From NCBI GenBank assembly GCA_028285305.1, contig JANQPV010000022.1, positions 137,322 through 201,321 on the forward strand: a stretch of DNA of 64,000 bases, in the 5' to 3' direction. Below, piece by piece: positions 26,825 to 34,792 of this stretch. The notes under the pieces are model-generated. The model was not told where the DNA came from. It worked only from the letters and a program-made list of their open reading frames with translations, and ran no database searches. This DNA comes from Alphaproteobacteria bacterium (GTDB lineage Bacteria; Pseudomonadota; Alphaproteobacteria; SMXP01). Each line of letters opens with the position of its first letter. The stretch's first letter is position 1. The translations under genes were made by a program, and so were the position numbers.

Positions 26825-29065
26825 TTAGGCCGCCGATTCCAGCGTGATCTCGTCTTCAGGTGTTGGCGCGGCGCTGGCCGCCAGTTCCGTGACGTTTAAG
26901 ATAAGAGCGACTTTGCCATTTCCCAAAACCGTGGCCGCTGAGATGCCGTGAAGGTTTCCAATTGTTTCCCGCAGGCTCTTGATGACGACCTGCTGCTGTC
27001 CCACGATGTCGTCAATTACGATCCCGACGGGGTCGCCTTCGTTTGTCTCGCATAAGACGACAAGACCTTGCGAAGCGTCATTGCAGCCTTCTTTCACACC
27101 CAGTTCGCGGGAGAGATAAACGAGCGGTACGTAGTTGCCTCTGATGCGCAACAGCTCGACACCGGACGGAGTGTTGTGCAAATCCTTTGCGACCGGGCGT
27201 ACGGTCTCGACGATACTGGTAATTGGCATGACATAGTCTTCGCCCGCGACGCGTAGAATCATGCCATCGAGGATTGCGAGCGTGAGGGGCAAAACGAGAG
27301 TCACTTCGGACCCTTGTCCCGGCGTGGATTTCAACCGAATTCGTCCGCCTAGATCTTGTATGCGCTGGCGCACAACGTCCATTCCCACGCCACGGCCAGA
27401 AACATTCGTGATGCTTTCCGCCGTCGAAAAGCCCGGCGCGAATACCAACTGGTCGAGTTCTTCCGGGGAGAGTTGGCTGTTTTCGTCGATGACGCCCTTT
27501 TCGATTGCCCTGATACGGACTTTTTCCCTATCAATGCCCTTGCCGTCATCTTTGACTTGGATGAGAATATTCTCGCCTTGATGTTCTGCAGACAGAATGA
27601 CTAAACCTTCTTCAGACTTTCCGGCTGCACTACGATCTTCCGGACTTTCGATCCCATGGTCGATGGCATTTCTGACCATGTGAGTGAGAGGATCGCTGAG
27701 TTGTTCCACTACGCTATTGTCGAGTTCGGTGCTTTCGCCTTTTGTTTCTAAGCGGACTTTTTTGCCGGTGGCAATACATACGTCCCTGACAATCCGCGGC
27801 ATTCTCCCGAATACGGATTTTACCGGATGCGCTCGAATGGACATGACGCTGTCTTGAAGGCCTCTTGTGTGCCGCTGAAGTTGCTCCAAACCCTTGAACA
27901 AACCGGCGTGTTGATCTTCGGATAAGCAGCTTGCTTCTTGAGAAAGCATCGATTGGGTAATCACAAGCTCGCCGACCATGTTTACCAAGCGGTCGATCTT
28001 TTCGAGATTGACCCGAATGAGTGCAGCTTTGGAAGATTTTTCGGACTTCGCCGCTGTTTCTTTGGTCTTGGTTTCCTTCGGGCCATTGGGTGGAGGGGTG
28101 TCCGTTTTTGGTGCTCCTTCTTTGGGTGCTTGCTCTGCCTCTTGCGGCTCCGCCTTTTGGACTGGCTCTGGGTCAGACGTGTCCTGCGATTTTTTGTGGT
28201 TTTCGCTTTTTGTCGGTGCCGCGGAGATCAGAAGTTCGCAATCGTCCAAGACGAACTCAAAGACCTCCGTTATTTCCTCAAGCGTACATTCAGTTTCTAG
28301 GCTGATTGTCCACCCAAGGTAAGACTCAGCAGGGCTTAACTCAGCAAATGCCGGAATCGAAGAGGTGTCGGCCTCCAGTGTGAGGTTCCCCATTCGGCGG
28401 AGTTCGCCGATTAAGATTCTGGGGTCATTGGCACGCTGATAAAGGCTCGCATGCGGTTTGAACGTGATGGAGTAGGTCGCGCCGTCGGCCGTTTTGTCTT
28501 CGAGGTCGATGACTGCTGCAACAGGAGTGAAATCCAATCCCAATTCATCGTCTTCTTCGGGCTCTTCGATCTTCACGGCAACAGGGGTGAAGTCCAATCC
28601 CAGTTCGTCGTCATCTTCGTCGTCGGTGTTTGCCGGGGAGATTGCTGGGGAGGCGATGTCACTTTCGCCGGGCAGTGCGCCGTGTTCGACGACGTGGTTC
28701 AGCATCGATAGAACTTGGTGCTCGTGACCCTCATCGAACTGCGCTGTTTCTTTTGCTTCGGCAACGAGGTCTTCAAGGATGTCCGTCGCGCGGAGACTCA
28801 AGTCGACCAGCTCGTCGCTTACTTCGAGCTTACCATCGCGGAGCAAATCAAATGCGTTCTCAAATGAATGAGCGAAACTCACCAAGCGGTCAAAGCCGAA
28901 GGCCCCCGCACCCCCCTTTATGGAATGAATGGCACGAAAGGCTGCGTGCAGGCATTCTGTGTCTTGTGGCTCATCCTTCAAAATGGATGTTTGCTCTTGA
29001 AGCTCTTCCAAGAGTTCTTCGCATTCGCCGAAAAATGTCTGCTTAAACTGCTCGAGCGGATCCAT
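26825..29065 (-). CDS. cheA: chemotaxis histidine kinase CheA
   Basis: Contains an Hpt P1 domain (HSIKGGAG), an acidic linker with duplicated ELGLDFTPVA, a P2-like domain, a Lys/Pro-rich linker, then dimerisation, HATPase and C-terminal CheW-like domains. Confidence 0.9.
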   Translation of the reverse strand: MDPLEQFKQTFFGECEELLEELQEQTSILKDEPQDTECLHAAFRAIHSIKGGAGAFGFDRLVSFAHSFENAFDLLRDGKLEVSDELVDLSLRATDILEDLVAEAKETAQFDEGHEHQVLSMLNHVVEHGALPGESDIASPAISPANTDDEDDDELGLDFTPVAVKIEEPEEDDELGLDFTPVAAVIDLEDKTADGATYSITFKPHASLYQRANDPRILIGELRRMGNLTLEADTSSIPAFAELSPAESYLGWTISLETECTLEEITEVFEFVLDDCELLISAAPTKSENHKKSQDTSDPEPVQKAEPQEAEQAPKEGAPKTDTPPPNGPKETKTKETAAKSEKSSKAALIRVNLEKIDRLVNMVGELVITQSMLSQEASCLSEDQHAGLFKGLEQLQRHTRGLQDSVMSIRAHPVKSVFGRMPRIVRDVCIATGKKVRLETKGESTELDNSVVEQLSDPLTHMVRNAIDHGIESPEDRSAAGKSEEGLVILSAEHQGENILIQVKDDGKGIDREKVRIRAIEKGVIDENSQLSPEELDQLVFAPGFSTAESITNVSGRGVGMDVVRQRIQDLGGRIRLKSTPGQGSEVTLVLPLTLAILDGMILRVAGEDYVMPITSIVETVRPVAKDLHNTPSGVELLRIRGNYVPLVYLSRELGVKEGCNDASQGLVVLCETNEGDPVGIVIDDIVGQQQVVIKSLRETIGNLHGISAATVLGNGKVALILNVTELAASAAPTPEDEITLESAA
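28517..28636. repeat. in-frame 60-bp tandem duplication (2 copies) inside cheA
   Basis: Unit 28517-28576 versus 28577-28636, about 85% identical. Both units encode EDDELGLDFTPVA(V/A)... in the P1-P2 linker. Confidence 0.6.
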
Positions 29066-29082
29066 GCGGTAACTCTCCCACG

Positions 29083-29454
29083 TTAGGTTGAGGGCGAAAC
29101 TTTTTCGATAACTCTCAGCAGCTTATCGGGATCAAAGGGCTTGACGATCCAGCCGGTGGCACCCGCCTGGCGTCCTTCGTTCTTCTTCTCTTCGGAACTC
29201 TCCGTCGTGAGAATAAGAATTGGCAGCGTTGCATACTCTCTTTGGGCGCGCACCTCGTGAATGAATTCGATCCCGTTCATCACTGGCATGTTTATGTCCG
29301 TGATGACTACGTCGAAAGGTTGTGTGCAGATCTTATCGAGTCCATCTTTTCCGTCGACGGCTTGGATGACCTGATGACCGGCGCCTTCAAGGGTATGGGC
29401 AAGCATATCGCGCATGGTTCGTGAATCGTCGACAGTCAGTATGCTTTGGCTCAT
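29083..29454 (-). CDS. cheY: chemotaxis response regulator CheY
   Basis: 123-aa single receiver domain with DD, D and K present. Immediately upstream of cheA. Confidence 0.85.
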   Translation of the reverse strand: MSQSILTVDDSRTMRDMLAHTLEGAGHQVIQAVDGKDGLDKICTQPFDVVITDINMPVMNGIEFIHEVRAQREYATLPILILTTESSEEKKNEGRQAGATGWIVKPFDPDKLLRVIEKVSPST

Positions 29455-29469
29455 AGTCCATTCTCGTAC

Positions 29470-29796
29470 CTAAAGTAGATCCGTACATCCCAGGTCAGAT
29501 AGAATTTGTGAAAAGCATTCACTTCTATCCGTGATTTGAAATTCGAGTTGCTTCTCGTTCGCTAGGGCTTTTGCGGCAATCAAAACTTGAATGCTTATAG
29601 GGGAGAGCGTTTCAACATTGGCAGCATTCAGCTTGATTGGTTCGCCATTGTTCAACCGATGCAGTAACTGCTGATGAAGATCGGGTGCACTCAAATGGTC
29701 CAGCGATTTGTCAAGATTCATTTCTGAAACACCCGAAGGTTGAAGTCGGATCGCTGCTTTTCCCCAGTTTGCGGTCCGTTGCGAAGGCCTGATCAT
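29470..29796 (-). CDS. STAS-domain protein, CheS-like chemotaxis accessory protein
   Basis: Small ORF first in the STAS-cheY-cheA arm, with an anti-sigma-antagonist-like sequence. The start may be the internal ATG MNLDK at 29721. Confidence 0.45.
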   Translation of the reverse strand: MIRPSQRTANWGKAAIRLQPSGVSEMNLDKSLDHLSAPDLHQQLLHRLNNGEPIKLNAANVETLSPISIQVLIAAKALANEKQLEFQITDRSECFSQILSDLGCTDLL

Positions 29797-29958
29797 TCGT
29801 CAGATTGATTAATATCGAGTTACCCGCGACTTGGACGCGGCGGCTTGGAGTCGTTCATGTGGAGCCATGATGTATCGATTTGTTAAGCCTTTTTTTGCAG
29901 AGTTTCATGGGTTTGCGGAATGTGCAGGAATGAGAAACTTTGAACTGGTGGGCCGATA

Positions 29959-30441
29959 ATGGAAGCAGTTAACGCCGTACACGAAGACGTTGCAGGACCT
30001 TTGAAGGAGGAGTCTGAAACGAGCAAATTGATTTCATTTTCGGTCGGCGACCAGGATTACTGCGTCAGCATAGAGAATGTGCGCGAAATCCGTGCTTGGA
30101 GCGAAACAACACCATTACCAAACACCGCTAAATTTGTCCGTGGTGTAATTAATTTGCGCGGCGCGATCGTACCTATTGTCGATGTAAGTGCCTGGCTGTA
30201 TGGCCGCCACACAGAGCCCAGCCCTCTTCATGTAATAATTGTCGTATCGCAGAACTCTCGACTCATCGGGCTTTTGGTGGATGCGGTTTCGGACATCTTG
30301 AACGTTACTGTCGACGAAATTGAGGATTTGCCTGATGTGGCGGGGGGCAGCGCATCTGACTATATCAGCGGCGTTGTGACTCGCAACGACACGATGATCG
30401 CGCTGGTTAATCTCGATCTTATTGGGGAGTTGACCCACTAG
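29959..30441 (+). CDS. cheW: chemotaxis coupling protein CheW
   Basis: 160 aa. The CheW-like domain includes FSVGDQDYCVSIENVREI. Confidence 0.85.
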   Translation: MEAVNAVHEDVAGPLKEESETSKLISFSVGDQDYCVSIENVREIRAWSETTPLPNTAKFVRGVINLRGAIVPIVDVSAWLYGRHTEPSPLHVIIVVSQNSRLIGLLVDAVSDILNVTVDEIEDLPDVAGGSASDYISGVVTRNDTMIALVNLDLIGELTH

Positions 30442-30480
30442 GCCGGTGTTCCGGATTCGTGTGGCCGATTCAAACTGTCA

Positions 30481-31050
30481 ATGCCATTAGATTCCAACAT
30501 CAACTCTGTCATGATCGTGGATGACCATAAGTCTGTACAATTCATTGTACGGACTATCGTTAGCTTCTTCGGTTTCAAAGAAATTCGCGAATTTACCGAT
30601 GGTGAGTCCGCCTATGAAGCGCATCTACAGAGGTCAGCGGATCTCATCATTCTCGATCTAAGAATGCCTGGACTTGACGGACTATCGTTGCTTCGAAAGA
30701 TTCGCTGGGAGTGCAAAGATAAGCGCCAAAGAGTCAAGGCGATTGTGTTGTCGGCGGTGCTCGATCGGGACACCGTCTTAAACGCGCGTGATGCAGGGGC
30801 CGATGCGCTGATAGCTAAGCCAATTACCGCACGGACGATTTGCGAGCGTGTTCTCCAAGTGATTCGTGATGAACGAGAATTTGTCGTAACTGCAGAGTAT
30901 ATCGGGCCAGATCGACGTGTGGGGTCGGCGGATCATTTGTATGATGGGCCCGAGCGGCGCGTTGATGGCGGCGGGGAGGAAGCGACTACCAGTGAAGACG
31001 GTACTGAGGGCGTAACCGATGATGATATCGATGCAATGCTCGCACAGTAG
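30481..31050 (+). CDS. CheY-like receiver protein with ~60-aa Arg-containing C-terminal extension
   Basis: Receiver domain with all conserved residues. The tail carries duplicated GPDRRV / GPERRV (DNA 30904-30921 and 30946-30963) and an acidic end. Confidence 0.75.
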   Translation: MPLDSNINSVMIVDDHKSVQFIVRTIVSFFGFKEIREFTDGESAYEAHLQRSADLIILDLRMPGLDGLSLLRKIRWECKDKRQRVKAIVLSAVLDRDTVLNARDAGADALIAKPITARTICERVLQVIRDEREFVVTAEYIGPDRRVGSADHLYDGPERRVDGGGEEATTSEDGTEGVTDDDIDAMLAQ

Positions 31051-31065
31051 TTTTGTGCAGGTCTA

Positions 31066-31908
31066 ATGGGAAGTTCAGAACGCGCCATACAGCTCTCTGA
31101 TAGCGATCTCGATACGATTATTGCGTTTATGAAAGAGCAGAGCGGTGTCACGCTTACAGACAAGAAGCGCGACATGGTCTATGCGAGACTCTTGAAAAGA
31201 CTGCGTGCGCTCAATCTAGAAAGTTTTGCCGAATATTGCACTCTTATTCAATCGGATGAGGGAGCGACGGAACGAGAATTTACAATCAATGCACTGACGA
31301 CCAACTTGACCTCTCTGTTTCGCGAGGCTCATCACTTTGAGCATCTTCGCGATCACGTTTTGCGTCCGGTGGTTGACCAAAACGCCGGCCGTAGACTGAG
31401 GATCTGGTCTTCGGCATGTTCGACCGGTGAGGAGCCCTATTCGATCGCGCTCACCCTTCTCAGTCAGCTTTCAGATGTTCGAAGTTTGGACGCTAAAATC
31501 CTTGCAACAGACATTGATACAAAAGTCCTAGCCATCGCACGCTCGGGTCAGTACCAAGTTGGGGCGGTAGGTAAGATTTCGGACTGGGTCGATTGGCGGG
31601 CGTTCAGTACTCCGGTTTCAGGTGAGATCTTTCAGTTTCGGCCTACGGTTAGGAGTTTGATTACTTTTAAGCAATTGAACCTCATGTCAGCTTGGCCTAT
31701 GCGCGGCCCGTTCGATGTCATTTTCTGCCGAAACGTGCTCATCTATTTCGACAAAGGCACGCAGAAAATGCTGGTAGAGAGGTTTTCGCGTCTGCTGCGG
31801 CCGGGTGGATTTCTGTATATTGGGCATTCCGAAAATCTGACGGGCATGTCGCCGGCTCTCGAGCTGAAAGGCAAGAGCATTTACCAAAAATTGTCTAATC
31901 AGACCTAG
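31066..31908 (+). CDS. cheR: chemotaxis methyltransferase CheR
   Basis: 280 aa. CheR N-terminal helical domain plus a SAM-binding domain (IWSSACSTGEEPYSIA). Confidence 0.85.
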   Translation: MGSSERAIQLSDSDLDTIIAFMKEQSGVTLTDKKRDMVYARLLKRLRALNLESFAEYCTLIQSDEGATEREFTINALTTNLTSLFREAHHFEHLRDHVLRPVVDQNAGRRLRIWSSACSTGEEPYSIALTLLSQLSDVRSLDAKILATDIDTKVLAIARSGQYQVGAVGKISDWVDWRAFSTPVSGEIFQFRPTVRSLITFKQLNLMSAWPMRGPFDVIFCRNVLIYFDKGTQKMLVERFSRLLRPGGFLYIGHSENLTGMSPALELKGKSIYQKLSNQT

Positions 31909-31949
31909 GCTGTCGGATACAACTCCAATTCCAATCTCTTGCGTCAGGT

Positions 31950-33038
31950 ATGGCAACAAAAATTCGAGTGCTGATTGTTGATGACTCTCGGCTTATGCGA
32001 GATATGGTTTCTGGTATGCTTTTGAGCGATCCAAGCATCGAAGTTGTCGGCACGGCTGAAGATCCCTTCGACGCACGAGAAAAGATCAAACTGCTCAATC
32101 CGGACGTGATGACACTCGATATCAATATGCCGAAGATGGATGGTATTGAGTTCCTCAAAAAGGTGATGCGGTTGCGTCCAATGCCGGTCATCATGTTTTC
32201 GACGCTGACCCAGGAGGGCGCAGATGCAACGTTGCGCGCCCTTGAAATTGGAGCGTTTGACTACGCGTCGAAGCCGACTGAAGATATTCGTCAGCACTTT
32301 GATCGTCTACGAGATACACTTGTCTCCAAAGTGAAGTCTGCTATGGGCGCGAACGTCACCCGCCGCAATGGAACTGGTGCTGCGGCCGGTTCGTTCGGCA
32401 ATGGCGCTTCTTTACTTACGCGGAGTGAGGTGATTGCTATTGGAGCGTCGACGGGTGGTGTTGAGGCCCTGCGGTCGTTAGCGCCTCGTATCCCGGCGAC
32501 AACAAAACCAATCGTCATTGTACAGCATATGCCGGAGAATTTTACCGGTCAGTTCGCGCGCCGCCTGAGTTCGATTTGCAATGCCGAAGTCAAAGAAGCA
32601 AGCGATGGTGAGCGGCTGAAGGATGGATTTGTCTATATCGCACCTGGACATTCGCATCTAACCCTCAAGGGAGCTGCCGATGGGTTCACGTGTGTTCTTG
32701 ACAAAGATGAAAAAGTATCGGGACACCGGCCTGCTGTTGACAAGCTTTTTGCGTCGGTTGCGGAGGCAGCTGGAAGGCGCGCGGCTGGAGTGATTTTGAC
32801 GGGGATGGGCCGCGATGGGGCTCAAGGGCTTATGAAAATGCGCGATGCGGGTGCTGTTACTCTAGGGCAATCGGAGGGGACGTGCTTGATTTACGGAATG
32901 CCTAAAGCTGCGGCGGACTTGGGTGCCGTTCAGTATGTGCTTCCGCTCGAAGAAATTGGCGAGCAGTTTCATGGCACTGCGGTGCGAAATCGCGTGCCCA
33001 AGCAAGGTGGTGCACGCGTTGCGGCCCGATCCGCTTAG
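31950..33038 (+). CDS. cheB: chemotaxis methylesterase/deamidase CheB
   Basis: N-terminal receiver plus C-terminal CheB methylesterase domain (GASTGG, VIVQHMP). Confidence 0.85.
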   Translation: MATKIRVLIVDDSRLMRDMVSGMLLSDPSIEVVGTAEDPFDAREKIKLLNPDVMTLDINMPKMDGIEFLKKVMRLRPMPVIMFSTLTQEGADATLRALEIGAFDYASKPTEDIRQHFDRLRDTLVSKVKSAMGANVTRRNGTGAAAGSFGNGASLLTRSEVIAIGASTGGVEALRSLAPRIPATTKPIVIVQHMPENFTGQFARRLSSICNAEVKEASDGERLKDGFVYIAPGHSHLTLKGAADGFTCVLDKDEKVSGHRPAVDKLFASVAEAAGRRAAGVILTGMGRDGAQGLMKMRDAGAVTLGQSEGTCLIYGMPKAAADLGAVQYVLPLEEIGEQFHGTAVRNRVPKQGGARVAARSA

Positions 33039-33062
33039 AGTCGAGTAAAAAGGTGGAAACCT

Positions 33063-33452
33063 ATGCCTAGTGCAAAAAACATCAAGATGCTGATTGTGGA
33101 TGATCAAAAATCGATGCTTGAGCTGACGAAATACAGCTTGAACCAATTGGGTGTCGATCAAGTGTTTGAGGCCAAGAGTGCCGAACAAGCCCTAGAGATG
33201 CTTGAGGAGACGGAGGTCCATCTCATCATCTCCGATGTGAATATGGAGGGGATGAGCGGGGTAGATTTTCTTAAACATGTGCGCCGTGATGCGAAACTGA
33301 AAGATCTGCCCTTTGTGTTGGCGTCGGGCGTACAAGACCGGGATCTTGTGAAGTCTGCGATTGAAGCGGGTGTAAACAACTATATCACTAAACCGTTCAA
33401 CGTTGCGACCTTGAAGAAGAAGCTCGAGGCTGTTGTAGGCGAATTGCAATAG
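33063..33452 (+). CDS. cheY: chemotaxis response regulator CheY (second copy)
   Basis: 129-aa single receiver domain. Confidence 0.85.
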   Translation: MPSAKNIKMLIVDDQKSMLELTKYSLNQLGVDQVFEAKSAEQALEMLEETEVHLIISDVNMEGMSGVDFLKHVRRDAKLKDLPFVLASGVQDRDLVKSAIEAGVNNYITKPFNVATLKKKLEAVVGELQ

Positions 33453-33489
33453 AGTCCTGTTTTGATCTCTATAGAGACTTTGCTTTTAC

Positions 33490-33912
33490 CTAGAAGAAGG
33501 TTACGTCCTCTTCGATGGGTGTTTTAGATTCCGGCTTAAGACTGATCTCAAAACGATCCGCTGCCGCGGCGAGAATTTCTTCTAGACCGACATTTTTTTC
33601 AATCTGACCGTAGAGCTCACTTAAGAAAACAGACTTTGTCCTTTGTTCGTCAGATTGGTGACCGCTTTGAGCAAGATCACAGATCAATCTGCAGATGAGG
33701 ACAAGACTTTCATAGCGTTGAGTGAGACGATCGGCCGATTGAAGCGCGGCAATGGTCGCGGTGAGTTTGTCAATGTCCGTGTTTTGGGTGCGCGGGGTAT
33801 TGAGAAAATCCTCGCGCAAGGCATCCGACATTTCGTCGGTGATCTTGCCGCTTTTTTCGATTTCCGCAGAGAGAAACGAGATAAGCGTTTTGAGCAATTC
33901 TGCGGAACTCAT
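33490..33912 (-). CDS. hypothetical helical protein embedded in the che locus
   Basis: Minus-strand ORF convergent with cheY and divergent from cheD. ATG MSSAELLK at 33912. The track ORF extends to a TTG at 34047. Charged, amphipathic sequence with no recognised domain. Confidence 0.4.
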   Translation of the reverse strand: MSSAELLKTLISFLSAEIEKSGKITDEMSDALREDFLNTPRTQNTDIDKLTATIAALQSADRLTQRYESLVLICRLICDLAQSGHQSDEQRTKSVFLSELYGQIEKNVGLEEILAAAADRFEISLKPESKTPIEEDVTFF

Positions 33913-34069
33913 ACCTGACGGAAATCCAACTCTTACGGACAACTTCAAACTACCGTTAATAGCGGTAAAGCATTTTTGTTTCCTTAAGACCCGCCCGGTA
34001 ACTTTTGCGCAGCAGGTGCACGCAAAACTGCATTGACTATCAGGCAATCTGGGGCATTCATCACGACTT

Positions 34070-34645
34070 ATGCGATCTTATGTAGACCCGCGTACCGGAA
34101 ATACGATCACCACAATTTTTCAAAGCGAGTATCACGTTACCGCAGCCCCCGGTGAAGTGATCTCGACGATACTCGGATCATGTATTGCCGTTTGTTTGCG
34201 GGACCCAGAGGCGGGCGTGGGCGGCATGAATCATTTTCTGCTGCCGGGAGACATGACTACGAACGCGGACGCAGTGGGCGGTCAAGCCATGCGCTTTGGC
34301 TGCTTTTCGATGGAGCAATTGGTTAACGGACTTTTAAGCTTTGGGGGGCGACGCGAGTGCTTGGAAGCCAAGGTGTTCGGCGGGGGGAACGTCAGTCAAG
34401 CGAGCTTGGATATCGGCAAACGTAACGCGGAGTTTGCGATTGACTTTTTGAGGCGGGAGCGGTTGAAGCTCGCGGCGTCTGACGTTGGCGGCTATTGTGC
34501 GCGGCGGCTCAAGTATGATCCGATCGGTGGCCGGGTGAAGCTGAAGCGGGTCGACATGGAACATTCAGTCGAAGTCTTTGCTCAAGAAAAACGGGTCAAG
34601 CCGGAAGCGCTCAAACAGAACGACGATATCGAGTTATTCGGATAG
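34070..34645 (+). CDS. cheD: chemoreceptor glutamine deamidase CheD
   Basis: CheD family motifs GSCIAVCL and HFLLP. Confidence 0.8.
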   Translation: MRSYVDPRTGNTITTIFQSEYHVTAAPGEVISTILGSCIAVCLRDPEAGVGGMNHFLLPGDMTTNADAVGGQAMRFGCFSMEQLVNGLLSFGGRRECLEAKVFGGGNVSQASLDIGKRNAEFAIDFLRRERLKLAASDVGGYCARRLKYDPIGGRVKLKRVDMEHSVEVFAQEKRVKPEALKQNDDIELFG

Positions 34646-34792
34646 TCGTCATACACCAGCGCTACCCACTCAATCACATCTCCGACTGTCCGGCCATGAG
34701 GCCGGTTAGCGGATACTTTACCCTTTGCTTTTAGGTTAACGTCGCATTTCTGCGCGTTGCGCGGCCTTATTTGTTTCTGTGGGGATTACACA

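Noticed and set aside
28517-28636. Tandem repeat considered as CRISPR or minisatellite
   Set aside because: Only two units, no spacers, and in-frame inside cheA. It is a coding duplication.
27938-28727. Several plus-strand ORFs (Cys/Trp/Phe-rich or Ser-rich) antisense to cheA
   Set aside because: They arise from the repetitive acidic/Lys-Pro linker of cheA read on the opposite strand. Not protein-like.
34690-34705. CCGGCC-atga-GGCCGG hairpin between cheD and mcp as an intrinsic terminator
   Set aside because: It has a 6-bp stem without an adjacent U-tract, so it is too weak to call. It could be an attenuator.
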